Program-made: the position numbers and the translations under genes
The notes under the pieces: model-generated
Told to the model about the DNA's origin: nothing
What the model saw: the letters and a program-made list of their open reading frames with translations, nothing else
Databases searched by the model: none
IMG/VR virus record: IMGVR_UViG_3300030294_000005
Span: 62,001-126,000 of that record
Direction: 5' to 3' (one strand)
Length of the DNA stretch: 64,000 bases
Shown here: positions 47,746 to 56,908 of the stretch, in pieces
Layout: each line of letters begins with the position of its first letter
Position numbering within the stretch: position 1 is the stretch's first letter

Positions 47746-47788
47746 TTTATAAACTCCTCTACATTAATATATTAATATATATTTTAAG

Positions 47789-47798
47789 TATATATTAT
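47789..47798 (+). promoter_or_regulatory. Putative early promoter TATATATTAT
   Basis: Located at the strand switch, upstream of the plus-strand early block. Confidence 0.55.
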
Positions 47799-47837
47799 AT
47801 GTATGTAAGAATAATAATAAATTTATAAAATGAAAGG

Positions 47838-48263
47838 ATGATTAAAATGCTACAACTAAGTGATAGGGATACAAAAATTTCAAAAAGACTTCTTAATGGA
47901 GAAAACAAAAATGAATTAGCAAAGGAGTATCATATATCAATATCTACAATTAATCATATATATAGAATGTATAATTATAGAGTAGAAATATGCAGTGGAG
48001 TTATTGGAAAAGATAAGAATCAAACCTCTATACTTATATATATATTAAAATATGATAAAGCATCTTTTAAAACTTTAGATAGAGAAAGATATTCTACTAT
48101 AGAACTTGTAGTAAAATTATTTAATACGGATAAGATTGAGAAGATTATTAATATAAGAAACATGGGTGTAAAAACTATGAAATATATTGCCGATTGTTTG
48201 AAAGAGGATAATTACACTATAAGTAAAGTAGTACAGGATTATATAGACGAAAGGATGATTTAA
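47838..48263 (+). CDS. Sigma-region-4-like HTH fused to RNAP alpha-CTD-like domain, copy 1
   Basis: LSDRD..I....LNG....ELAKEY.IS.STI (HTH) plus TL.RERYSTIE.....IINIRNMGVKTM..I.DCL (alpha-CTD HhH; cf. RNLGRKS). Confidence 0.6.
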   Translation: MIKMLQLSDRDTKISKRLLNGENKNELAKEYHISISTINHIYRMYNYRVEICSGVIGKDKNQTSILIYILKYDKASFKTLDRERYSTIELVVKLFNTDKIEKIINIRNMGVKTMKYIADCLKEDNYTISKVVQDYIDERMI

Positions 48264-48267
48264 TATG
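48218..48267 (+). repeat. 50-bp direct repeat copy 1 (gene end + RBS + ATG)
   Basis: Identical to 48630-48679. Confidence 0.9.
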
Positions 48268-48675
48268 TTATATTTAAGTGATAGAGATATTGAGATATCA
48301 AAAAGGATTATAGATGGAGAATCTATAAGTAAATTAACAAAAGAATATAATATACCAAAAAGCACTATTAGAAGATTATATAATATGTATAATTATAGAG
48401 TATATATATATGATAAAGCTATTAAAAAAGAAGATATGCCATTGATTATATATACTTTAAAATTTGACATGAGATGTTTTAGTGTATTAAATAGAAATAA
48501 ATATTATACTATAGATTCTGTAGTAGAATTATTTAATACAGATAGGATTGAGGAGATTACTAATATGAGAAATATGGGTATAAGAAATATAAAATTCATA
48601 GTTGATTGCTTAAAAAATAATAATTATGGTATAAGTAAAGTAGTACAGGATTATATAGACGAAAGGATGATTTAA
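48265..48675 (+). CDS. Sigma-region-4-like HTH fused to alpha-CTD-like domain, copy 2
   Basis: Tandem paralog of 47838..48263; RCFSVLNRNKYYTID...ITNMRNMGIRN. Confidence 0.6.
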   Translation: MLYLSDRDIEISKRIIDGESISKLTKEYNIPKSTIRRLYNMYNYRVYIYDKAIKKEDMPLIIYTLKFDMRCFSVLNRNKYYTIDSVVELFNTDRIEEITNMRNMGIRNIKFIVDCLKNNNYGISKVVQDYIDERMI

Positions 48676-48679
48676 TATG
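48630..48679 (+). repeat. 50-bp direct repeat copy 2
   Basis: Identical to 48218-48267. Confidence 0.9.
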
Positions 48680-49021
48680 AAAATATTAAGAACTGATAGA
48701 CAAATGGGTAAGACTGGACTATTAATTAAAAAATCTCATGATGAATGGAGATATATAATATGTAAAGATAGACAAAGAGTAGAAGTTATACAATCTATGG
48801 CAGTTGAAATGAAATTATATATACCATTTCCAATAATGGTAGATGAATTACCTCTTCTTAGTCATAATATAAAAGAGGTATTAGTAGATGACATAGAAGA
48901 TGTTTTAGAATATATGATAGGTAAGAAGATAGAATTAGCTACTACATCATGTAAGATAATAACTAAGGAGGATTGTATTAATGAGATTAAGAACAAAAAA
49001 GAGTTACCTGGAGATATCTAA
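48677..49021 (+). CDS. Small P-loop NTPase-like protein
   Basis: RQMGKT (Walker A-like) and VLVDD (Walker B-like) within only 114 aa. Confidence 0.5.
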   Translation: MKILRTDRQMGKTGLLIKKSHDEWRYIICKDRQRVEVIQSMAVEMKLYIPFPIMVDELPLLSHNIKEVLVDDIEDVLEYMIGKKIELATTSCKIITKEDCINEIKNKKELPGDI

Positions 49022-49529
49022 ATATATAATAGATCAATTCTGGTATCTAAAGAATGATAAGTCATTACATATAGAAATTAATAATATAAAAAGTATTTCA
49101 CTTGCTAGATTTACTATTAAAGGTGAACAGAAGAAAATAACCATACGACAGAATATAATAAAATTAGTTAGTGTTTATCCAGAAATATATAATAATATTA
49201 TCAATACTGCGAATGTTTATTTAAATTATATTATAGGTGAAAATAGCTTAGATAATAATGATGCATTGTTTGTATTTATATTATTACATGAGTTAGGACA
49301 TCTAGCATTTAGATTTGTTTATAATAATAAATTTGGAATAGATTTAAATAAATTAAAACGTATGTTATTAATTGATAGACTCACATTTGCTACAACTACA
49401 AATGATGATAAAAATATAAGTATATATAAAGATCATTTTAGTTCTGATGAAATATATGCAAATATGTTTGCATATAAAAACTTTCCAAGAATTTGGTACA
49501 TATTAAAGAATAAAAAATACGTTAAATAA
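48981..49529 (+). CDS. Zincin-like HExxH metallopeptidase
   Basis: FILLHELGH followed by E..AN.FA (ImmA/IrrE-like pattern). Confidence 0.65.
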   Translation: MRLRTKKSYLEISKYIIDQFWYLKNDKSLHIEINNIKSISLARFTIKGEQKKITIRQNIIKLVSVYPEIYNNIINTANVYLNYIIGENSLDNNDALFVFILLHELGHLAFRFVYNNKFGIDLNKLKRMLLIDRLTFATTTNDDKNISIYKDHFSSDEIYANMFAYKNFPRIWYILKNKKYVK

Positions 49530-49543
49530 AGGAGACTAATTTA

Positions 49544-49906
49544 ATGAAAATAATAGATTTGGATGAAATAAAAAATAAAAAAAATGAAGAATTAGAAGAG
49601 GTATATAAAGAAGCTATTAAAGATGCATATGATGATTATCTTAGATCTAAAATATTTTTATATATTAAAACATATGAAATAGAGATGTCAGATTCTGATA
49701 TAGAATTTATATCAAATGTAGATTTTGATATATTATTTAATTTCATATATCTTGACTGTCTACATGCTTTAAGTATTCATAAAAAAGATAAAATATTATT
49801 TAATGAACCATCGACTATTGTACAAGACATTGATTTAATTTTAAATTCTTTAATACCTGATATATTAGATCATTTAAAAGAACGATATGAAAATAAATTA
49901 GAATAG
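49544..49906 (+). CDS. Hypothetical protein
   Basis: AAGGAG RBS. Confidence 0.6.
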   Translation: MKIIDLDEIKNKKNEELEEVYKEAIKDAYDDYLRSKIFLYIKTYEIEMSDSDIEFISNVDFDILFNFIYLDCLHALSIHKKDKILFNEPSTIVQDIDLILNSLIPDILDHLKERYENKLE

Positions 49907-49915
49907 GAGGATGCT

Positions 49916-50671
49916 ATGAGATTTGAGTTAGAACGACAATTGATAGATTATACACATATGGTATTTGATTATTTTAATGGAAAAGTTAATAATATTCCAG
50001 CAAAAATAAATATAAGAAATAATAAAGATAAGAATATATTAGGAAATAATATGTTCAATATAGTCAATCTATATCTGTGGAATATAATAGATAATTACTG
50101 GGATGAGGATAGTATTAAAGAGCATATTATATATAATATTGTTCATGAATTATCTCATATAGGACAAGATATAGATTATTATATATACAGTATAGATAAT
50201 GATTACAATAAATTAAAAGAAAATGAAAATAATTATAACACGTACAAATATTTAAATGACAATATAAACTCTATATCCTTAGATTTAGGAATAGTTTTTA
50301 ATAATACTAATATACATAATAACTATATATATTTTAGTAAATATAGTAATTATAAAAGATTCGCATTAGAAGAGTATTACAAACACTGTATAAAAACTAT
50401 GTTATACAATGATACTAATAAAGATATATCACAAGAGGTAGATTTAGCATTTAAAATTGATAGTTTATCATTTGTAATAAATCATGTAGAATTTCCAATA
50501 AAAAAATATAATGTTATAAATCAAGATGTAAATGGATTTAATAATATAATAGAAGCATACAACAATACTAATACATCAATATCCTCTACTATTATAACAC
50601 AAAACTATGCAACTATTTGCATAAATTCAATTGTATACTTACATTATAATTTTAATATAGTGCAAGTATGA
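49916..50671 (+). CDS. HExxH metallopeptidase-like protein
   Basis: IVHELSH..Q with a downstream E; terminator at 50681-50715. Confidence 0.55.
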   Translation: MRFELERQLIDYTHMVFDYFNGKVNNIPAKINIRNNKDKNILGNNMFNIVNLYLWNIIDNYWDEDSIKEHIIYNIVHELSHIGQDIDYYIYSIDNDYNKLKENENNYNTYKYLNDNINSISLDLGIVFNNTNIHNNYIYFSKYSNYKRFALEEYYKHCIKTMLYNDTNKDISQEVDLAFKIDSLSFVINHVEFPIKKYNVINQDVNGFNNIIEAYNNTNTSISSTIITQNYATICINSIVYLHYNFNIVQV

Positions 50672-50773
50672 TAGCTATAGTATAAAGTAGTACCAAAATT
50701 TGGTATTACTTTATATTTTTTTTTAAATAAATCCCTACATATAGGTAAAAACTAAAAGGGAGACGATTTTAAT

Positions 50774-51361
50774 ATGATAACTAAAAAATTTGACAAGTTA
50801 GTATTATCAATATCTAATAAAGGAATACCATGTTTGTGGGAGAATGGTGGTAAAATAACTGATGATTTCGGACAATCATTTATTATAGCAGATAAACAAT
50901 CCAAACCTAAAAAACCTTTATATATAAGAACAGATCCAAAACCTAACAGTGGACATGCTCTAATACCTGTAAGATTACATGATATCATTATTGTTTGTAA
51001 GGTTAGGGATGAAGTGTCAACTATTCAAATTTATTCCATATCTAAAATAGATTTAGAAGAGAAATTAGCTTATGTTGATATGATAAATTCATTTGAAAAT
51101 GGAGAATGGGCAGCAGTTTCAAATCCTATATATGATACTGCTATAGCAGCAGCTACATTAAAAGCAAAAACTGTAAATTGTATTGATGTAGTATATGTTC
51201 TTGATAAAGATTTCAGAAAAGATTATGTTAAAAGTAATGATTCACAATATAAAAAAGAAGAAGTTAAGATTGATATCTTAGAATCTAATGAGGAAGTTAA
51301 AATAAAAAGTGAAGAGGCCGTAGGAAAGATTGGTGATCATGAACCTCAAATAGCAGTATAA
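50774..51361 (+). CDS. Hypothetical protein
   Basis: GIPCLWE.GG conserved-looking motif; terminator at 51382-51409. Confidence 0.65.
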   Translation: MITKKFDKLVLSISNKGIPCLWENGGKITDDFGQSFIIADKQSKPKKPLYIRTDPKPNSGHALIPVRLHDIIIVCKVRDEVSTIQIYSISKIDLEEKLAYVDMINSFENGEWAAVSNPIYDTAIAAATLKAKTVNCIDVVYVLDKDFRKDYVKSNDSQYKKEEVKIDILESNEEVKIKSEEAVGKIGDHEPQIAV

Positions 51362-51447
51362 TTAGTAATAATTTTTTAATTATATCAGATGCGTAATTGC
51401 ATCTGATATTTATTTTTTAACATTATTATAATAGGAGGTGATTAAGT

Positions 51448-52224
51448 ATGCGTGATCCATTAGGACTAATGGAAGCTGAAACAAAAGATCAACCATTTTC
51501 TGTAATAAAATTAGATAGTATACCAGATTTTGATATTGAAGATTATGATTTAATGGATTCAAAAGAATTTCAAAAATTTTTATATTCAATAGAAAATATT
51601 GCTAGAGTATCGTTTGAATATAGAGCTATAATAGCATATCTAAGAGAAAATATGGATATGAATAAATGTAGTGTTTTCGAAAATATAAATAATATAGATA
51701 CTACAAAAGTTAAAATAGAAATTCATCATCATCCATTTTCATTATATGATATAACTATTATTGTATATAATAAGAGGTTATATAATAGAGAATCTATAGA
51801 TGAAGAATTAGTTGCAAAAGAAGTTATGTATTTACATTATGCACTACTAATTGGATTAATACCATTATCAGAAACTGTTCATGAATTAGTTCATAATCAA
51901 TATCTATTTATACCAAATAGTAATGTTATGGGAAAATATGAAGAATTCTATAATATGTATAAAGATTTTATGACTCCAGAGAATATAGATATATATGAAA
52001 GAACTGTTGCTTTTAGTAATTCATATGATGAATCTAAACAAAATCATATATTAGATAAAAGCTATATTTATGTAGATTTAACTGGTTCTTATGACATTCC
52101 TACTTATCAAAGTGTAATAGATTCAATGAGTCATAAAATAAAAGAATTAAAATCTAGTAATAATGTAGATATGACGTTTGAATTACCAAAAAAGAAGAGA
52201 GTTATAAGTTTCTTAGATAAATAA
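51448..52224 (+). CDS. HNH-fold protein (late)
   Basis: KC...IEIHHHP...LIPLSETVHELVH; AACA-N6-TA at 51419-51430. Confidence 0.55.
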   Translation: MRDPLGLMEAETKDQPFSVIKLDSIPDFDIEDYDLMDSKEFQKFLYSIENIARVSFEYRAIIAYLRENMDMNKCSVFENINNIDTTKVKIEIHHHPFSLYDITIIVYNKRLYNRESIDEELVAKEVMYLHYALLIGLIPLSETVHELVHNQYLFIPNSNVMGKYEEFYNMYKDFMTPENIDIYERTVAFSNSYDESKQNHILDKSYIYVDLTGSYDIPTYQSVIDSMSHKIKELKSSNNVDMTFELPKKKRVISFLDK

Positions 52225-52275
52225 ATATATTTTACTGAAACATACTATTAAAAAATAATTAGGAGGTATTATAAA

Positions 52276-52908
52276 ATGATTAAAAAACACATGCTTTCAA
52301 TTTTAAGCGAAGCAGCTAATGCTGAAAAAAGAGATGCTACTCATGATTTTGAATATGATGACTACGAAAGTAATATTACTTTAAATAATGATGGTGAAGC
52401 TTCTGGAGATACTAGTAGTAATAATGCTAACGATGATGAAGATGAAGACTGTTCTGTTGATGATGATGATTTAGAAGATATCAGCGATGAAGATATGGAA
52501 CAACTTAAAAATGACATTATAGCTAGTTATAATGACATGGATAGTGTTGATAATACAGATCTTAACTATACTGCTGAAATGGTTACAGTTATTGCATCTA
52601 AAGATGGAGAATATCTTGTTGAGTGTGATAACTTAGCAAAATTAATGAATTCTGAAAAATGTGATGGTTATACCGCAATGCAAAAAATAAGTGAAGCTAA
52701 TAATATTCCATTAGCTGAAATGAAACTAGTTGTAGAATCTAATGATGCTATAATTTCATTACTTAATGAAAAAGCAGTATCTAGAAAAACTAGAAAGAAG
52801 AAAACTTTAGATATGAAATCTTCTGCAATCTTCTTACAAGATATTAAGAATAAAGGTATAACTGTTCTTAAGAAAAAGAGTAGAAAGAAGAAAAGTAAGA
52901 AAAAGTAA
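52276..52908 (+). CDS. Late protein with acidic region and poly-Lys C-terminus (possible internal DNA-binding protein)
   Basis: D/E-rich N-terminal half, KKKSRKKKSKKK tail, LSEA and VVES sites, AACA-N6-TA at 52239-52250. Confidence 0.55.
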   Translation: MIKKHMLSILSEAANAEKRDATHDFEYDDYESNITLNNDGEASGDTSSNNANDDEDEDCSVDDDDLEDISDEDMEQLKNDIIASYNDMDSVDNTDLNYTAEMVTVIASKDGEYLVECDNLAKLMNSEKCDGYTAMQKISEANNIPLAEMKLVVESNDAIISLLNEKAVSRKTRKKKTLDMKSSAIFLQDIKNKGITVLKKKSRKKKSKKK

Positions 52909-52925
52909 AATATTAAAGAAATAAT

Positions 52926-53010
52926 AACATATAAGTAAATAATCAATCCATCTTTCATATTATTATTTTTTATAAAGTATAGATAGTTAATTCTATCTAT
53001 ACTTTAATAT
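52926..53010 (+). ncRNA. Candidate short transcript (late promoter directly followed by a terminator)
   Basis: AACA-TATAAG-TA at 52926-52937, no ORF, hairpin at 52974-53006. Confidence 0.25.
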
Positions 53011-53030
53011 TTTAAATTAGGGGGATAAGA

Positions 53031-53483
53031 ATGGGTAACAAATTAAAAGTATTTCTAGGGGGTACTTGTAACAACTCACTATGGAGAGATAAACTAATAA
53101 AATTACTAAAGATAGACTATTTTAATCCAGTTGTAGATGATTGGACAGAAGATTGTCAAAAAGAAGAAATAAAACAGCGTGAGCTTTGTGACTATTGTTT
53201 ATACACTATAACTCCATTTATGCTTGGAGTATATTCTATTGCTGAAGTTATTGATGATAGTAATAAAAGGCCAGATAAAACGTTATTTTGCATATTAGAA
53301 AATGAATCATCATTACCTAATGGATTAGCTAATCCTACAAATCCTACAACATCATTTACTATAGGTGCACTTAAATCATTAGATTCAGTTGGTAAAATGG
53401 TTCTTAGAAATGGAGGTAAATATTTTAAAAATTTAGAAGAGGTTGCGGCCTTTTTAAATTCTCAAAATATGGACAAGCTATGA
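53031..53483 (+). CDS. Nucleoside 2-deoxyribosyltransferase-like protein
   Basis: KVFLGG....WR......YFNP.VDDW...YSIAE signature. Confidence 0.75.
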   Translation: MGNKLKVFLGGTCNNSLWRDKLIKLLKIDYFNPVVDDWTEDCQKEEIKQRELCDYCLYTITPFMLGVYSIAEVIDDSNKRPDKTLFCILENESSLPNGLANPTNPTTSFTIGALKSLDSVGKMVLRNGGKYFKNLEEVAAFLNSQNMDKL

Positions 53484-53770
53484 AATTAAAAAAAGCTATA
53501 AAAATTATTAGTGAGATTAGAGATTTAAAAGATAATTGGAATGGATATGGAGCCAAACCTATATCTAAAGGTGTAATTAATAGAGCATTACAGTTAGTAG
53601 TATTAATGAAACCTCTTCCAGATATGATATGTCCTACCGCTAACAATTCTATTCAATTTGAATGGGAAAATAAATTATTATATCTTGAAATAGAAATATT
53701 TAGTGATAAGATAGAATTGTTTAATACATGTACAAAAAATGAATCACTGTGTATAGGAGGAGATTTATAA
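53480..53770 (+). CDS. Hypothetical protein
   Basis: L.DNWNGYGA.PI and IQFEW motifs; overlaps both neighbours. Confidence 0.65.
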   Translation: MKLKKAIKIISEIRDLKDNWNGYGAKPISKGVINRALQLVVLMKPLPDMICPTANNSIQFEWENKLLYLEIEIFSDKIELFNTCTKNESLCIGGDL

Positions 53771-54327
53771 TGCATATTTTTTTCGATACTGAATTTACAG
53801 GACTTCATCAAAATACTACACTAATAAGCATAGGATTGATATCAGAAGATGGTAAAAGTTTCTATGCTGAATTTAGTGATTATGATAGAAGTCAATGTGA
53901 TGAATGGATAAATGAAAATATTTTAGCAAATTTATCTAAGAATGTTAATGAACTCTCATCTATAGCTGATATAAATGTAGATGGGGATAAAGAAGAGATT
54001 AAGAATGAATTATTAAAATGGATGTCTCAATTTGATATAATTGAATGGGTTGCAGATGTTTGTCATTATGATTTTATGTTATTAATAAATTTATTATATG
54101 GAGAAGCACTTAATATGCCAAGCGATAGATTCTGTGCAGCATGTCATGATATAAATCAAGATATTGCTTCATATTATAAAATATCAGAAATTGAGGCTTT
54201 TAATATGTCAAGAGAAGCTATTGTAATAGATTTTAATGATAATATTGGAGGTACTAAACATAATGCATTATATGATGCATTTGTAGCCAAATCTATATAT
54301 GATGGTATAGTTGCTAGAATAGGATAA
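53770..54327 (+). CDS. DEDDh 3'-5' exonuclease
   Basis: FFDTEFTGL, LISIGL, YDF and HNALYDA. Confidence 0.85.
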   Translation: MHIFFDTEFTGLHQNTTLISIGLISEDGKSFYAEFSDYDRSQCDEWINENILANLSKNVNELSSIADINVDGDKEEIKNELLKWMSQFDIIEWVADVCHYDFMLLINLLYGEALNMPSDRFCAACHDINQDIASYYKISEIEAFNMSREAIVIDFNDNIGGTKHNALYDAFVAKSIYDGIVARIG

Positions 54328-54369
54328 TATAATTATATATTATAACTATGAATAAAAAAAGATTGGAGA

Positions 54370-54654
54370 TTGATTAAAAAAATGAAGAAAAATATTATTA
54401 TTCCTATCGCTATAGCTATCATCATTCTATGTTCTATGCCATTAGTAATTATGAATTTTATGTCAAATGATCAAACACCAATTAGTTATGTAAACTATAC
54501 TATGAGTGACTATGATACTTTAGAATCAGTATCAAGTAGATACAAACCTGATAATATGAGTTTACAAGAATATCTAGGTAAAGTGGAAATAAAGAGTAAT
54601 CTAGCTCAAAGACCACAACAAGGAACACTTATATCATTACCAGTTTATAAATGA
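54370..54654 (+). CDS. Membrane-anchored LysM-like protein (YneA-like architecture)
   Basis: N-terminal TM helix then Y.M..YDTL.SV..RY...QG..I.LP; early motif at 54334-54343. Confidence 0.55.
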   Translation: MIKKMKKNIIIPIAIAIIILCSMPLVIMNFMSNDQTPISYVNYTMSDYDTLESVSSRYKPDNMSLQEYLGKVEIKSNLAQRPQQGTLISLPVYK

Positions 54655-54749
54655 AAAAAAGAGTAGAGAGAAATCTCTACTTTATTTTTTTTAATATTTC
54701 TTTAAATTATATATTATAATATTGAATAAATAATAAAGGAGATGATAAA

Positions 54750-55007
54750 ATGATAAATAATAAATTACCCAATCCTAATTATAAAGAACGTATTAGGAGA
54801 ATTGCAGGAGCTAATGTAAAAACCTCAGAGAATATGGACAAATGGCCTGATGATGTAGTTTATACCATATATTCTAATGAGGTTTTAGAAACGTTACCAG
54901 TTATTATTTTGGAACAAATGAGAAATCATATACAAAGTGTTATAGATAAAGCTATAATTATGAAGGTGGAAGATACAAATATAGAGAAGAAGGATAGATT
55001 AAAATGA
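54750..55007 (+). CDS. Hypothetical early protein
   Basis: AAGGAG RBS; early motif at 54708-54717. Confidence 0.6.
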   Translation: MINNKLPNPNYKERIRRIAGANVKTSENMDKWPDDVVYTIYSNEVLETLPVIILEQMRNHIQSVIDKAIIMKVEDTNIEKKDRLK

Positions 55008-55684
55008 ATAAATTGACAATAGATAATATCTTAAAAAATAGTATATGTATCTTTGTAGATGCATCTATATTAAATACTGAAAAAAGTTTTATAGGATGCC
55101 CAGGGTGCTTAATAGTTAATGGTGAGCAAATATCTTATAGTGATTATATAAGATTAGATTCAACAAATAGTAGATCAGAATTAGCTGCTGTGCAATTAGG
55201 AGTGACTCAAGCATTAAATTATATTAATTCAGGAGTGCCAATTAATTTATTTTCAGATTCTAAAGTATGCATATATTCAATTAGAGAATGGATTTTTAAT
55301 TGGTGTAATAATATTGTAGATGGTGTTCTATATGGATCATCATATAAACCAATAAGTAATCAGGATATGATAATAAATATAATAAATACTATACGATTTA
55401 ATAATCTACATATAAATTTATATCATCAAAAAGGGCATGTAGATATTTTCAATAAACATTCATTAGAACATGCTAGAGAGGTCTTTATAGAATCTAATAA
55501 GGTTGATATAGAATATGATCTATTAAAATATATATCAGATTATAATAATAATGTAGATATACAAACAAAAATGAAATTAGAACATTGTAATGGACAAAAT
55601 AGAAAGTTAGTTAATCCAATAAGATTTTCGCTAGATGGATTCGATAAATACAAATATAGAGAATTGGTAAGGAGGGATTTATAA
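55004..55684 (+). CDS. rnhA: Ribonuclease HI
   Basis: IFVDAS, TNSRSEL.A, FSDS..C, NQD, HQKGH and N..VD RNase H motifs. Confidence 0.8.
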   Translation: MNKLTIDNILKNSICIFVDASILNTEKSFIGCPGCLIVNGEQISYSDYIRLDSTNSRSELAAVQLGVTQALNYINSGVPINLFSDSKVCIYSIREWIFNWCNNIVDGVLYGSSYKPISNQDMIINIINTIRFNNLHINLYHQKGHVDIFNKHSLEHAREVFIESNKVDIEYDLLKYISDYNNNVDIQTKMKLEHCNGQNRKLVNPIRFSLDGFDKYKYRELVRRDL

Positions 55685-56085
55685 TGGAAAATTTAAATGT
55701 AAGAATATCAAGAGGTACAACAATCAAACAATCATCAGATTGGAATAGCGAAGATTTAAAATGTTCAGATCCAACAATCAAATTATTAGCTGTTAAATCA
55801 GCTGTAAAGGTAGACTTGACTAAATTATTACAGCCAGTACTAACTAATACTGGGTTTGATACCTATAGTATTTGTGATAGGATTGTTAACAATCTATGTT
55901 TAGATGAAGCAGTAACTACACGAATAAAACAGTCTATATTAAGATCAATGATATTTAATGAAGTATATAGAATATGTTTACAAGCTTCAGCGATTACTGG
56001 TAAAGATTATGCTGACTATCTTAATAGCCAATATATAGTTGATGATATTGCTGAAAAAATAATAATACTATTTAAAAATAAATAA
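55684..56085 (+). CDS. Hypothetical protein
   Basis: AGGAGG RBS; stop/start overlap with the upstream gene. Confidence 0.65.
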   Translation: MENLNVRISRGTTIKQSSDWNSEDLKCSDPTIKLLAVKSAVKVDLTKLLQPVLTNTGFDTYSICDRIVNNLCLDEAVTTRIKQSILRSMIFNEVYRICLQASAITGKDYADYLNSQYIVDDIAEKIIILFKNK

Positions 56086-56101
56086 TTAGGAGTTGCTATA
56101 A

Positions 56102-56251
56102 ATGGATGGTAATGAATTAGTAGTAAAATTAATAGAATTTTCTAGACAGTATAGTAATGGTTTAAGTGATTTTTATGTAGCTGATAAAGATGGTAATTTA
56201 ATATCAGATTTTAAAATTGATTATGAGAAAAAATTAATAATATTAAAATAG
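56102..56251 (+). CDS. 49-aa small ORF (MDGNELVVKL...), not in the ORF track
   Basis: TAGGAG RBS; fills an intergenic gap. Confidence 0.6.
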   Translation: MDGNELVVKLIEFSRQYSNGLSDFYVADKDGNLISDFKIDYEKKLIILK

Positions 56252-56314
56252 CATTATTTTAAATATATAAATAGATGCTAACCTATTAATAAATAAAATT
56301 TAGGAGATGTTAAT

Positions 56315-56908
56315 ATGCTTGAAAATTTAAAAAGAAGAGAAAAACAATCAGTTATTTCATTCGATACACTGTATAATGGATATGGTGAAAAACAAGAAGT
56401 TGAGACATTATATAATAAGTATAATGCATTATATTCAAATGATGATATAATAAAATTACCAAAAACATCACTTGATATAGTAAATAGAAGAATGATGCTA
56501 GAAGGATTATTTCGTAATAGAGTAGGATTTCTATTACTGAATACTATTAGTCATCATGATGAATTTAGATATACTAGTATAGATACACTAGAAAAGAAGT
56601 TCCCATTTGTATTTAATATTCATAATTTTATGACTGATATATCCAATAGTACATTATTAGACTATTCTACTTTAATATGTAGTACACTTTATAATAATAT
56701 GCTAAAAGATTATGATGATCATAATCTAAACATAACTAGTCAAAAAGAAGATCTTTCAAAAATATTAATAAATGATATTTTTAATATGTTAAATATTGTA
56801 TATAAAGAAGCTAATACAATATATTTAGATGCTGGTATCCCAGGATATAATTTAAATGAAGGAATTAATTTAAATGAGGAGATTAATAATGGACTCTTCG
56901 ACATCTGA
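56315..56908 (+). CDS. Hypothetical protein
   Basis: TAGGAG RBS. Confidence 0.65.
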   Translation: MLENLKRREKQSVISFDTLYNGYGEKQEVETLYNKYNALYSNDDIIKLPKTSLDIVNRRMMLEGLFRNRVGFLLLNTISHHDEFRYTSIDTLEKKFPFVFNIHNFMTDISNSTLLDYSTLICSTLYNNMLKDYDDHNLNITSQKEDLSKILINDIFNMLNIVYKEANTIYLDAGIPGYNLNEGINLNEEINNGLFDI

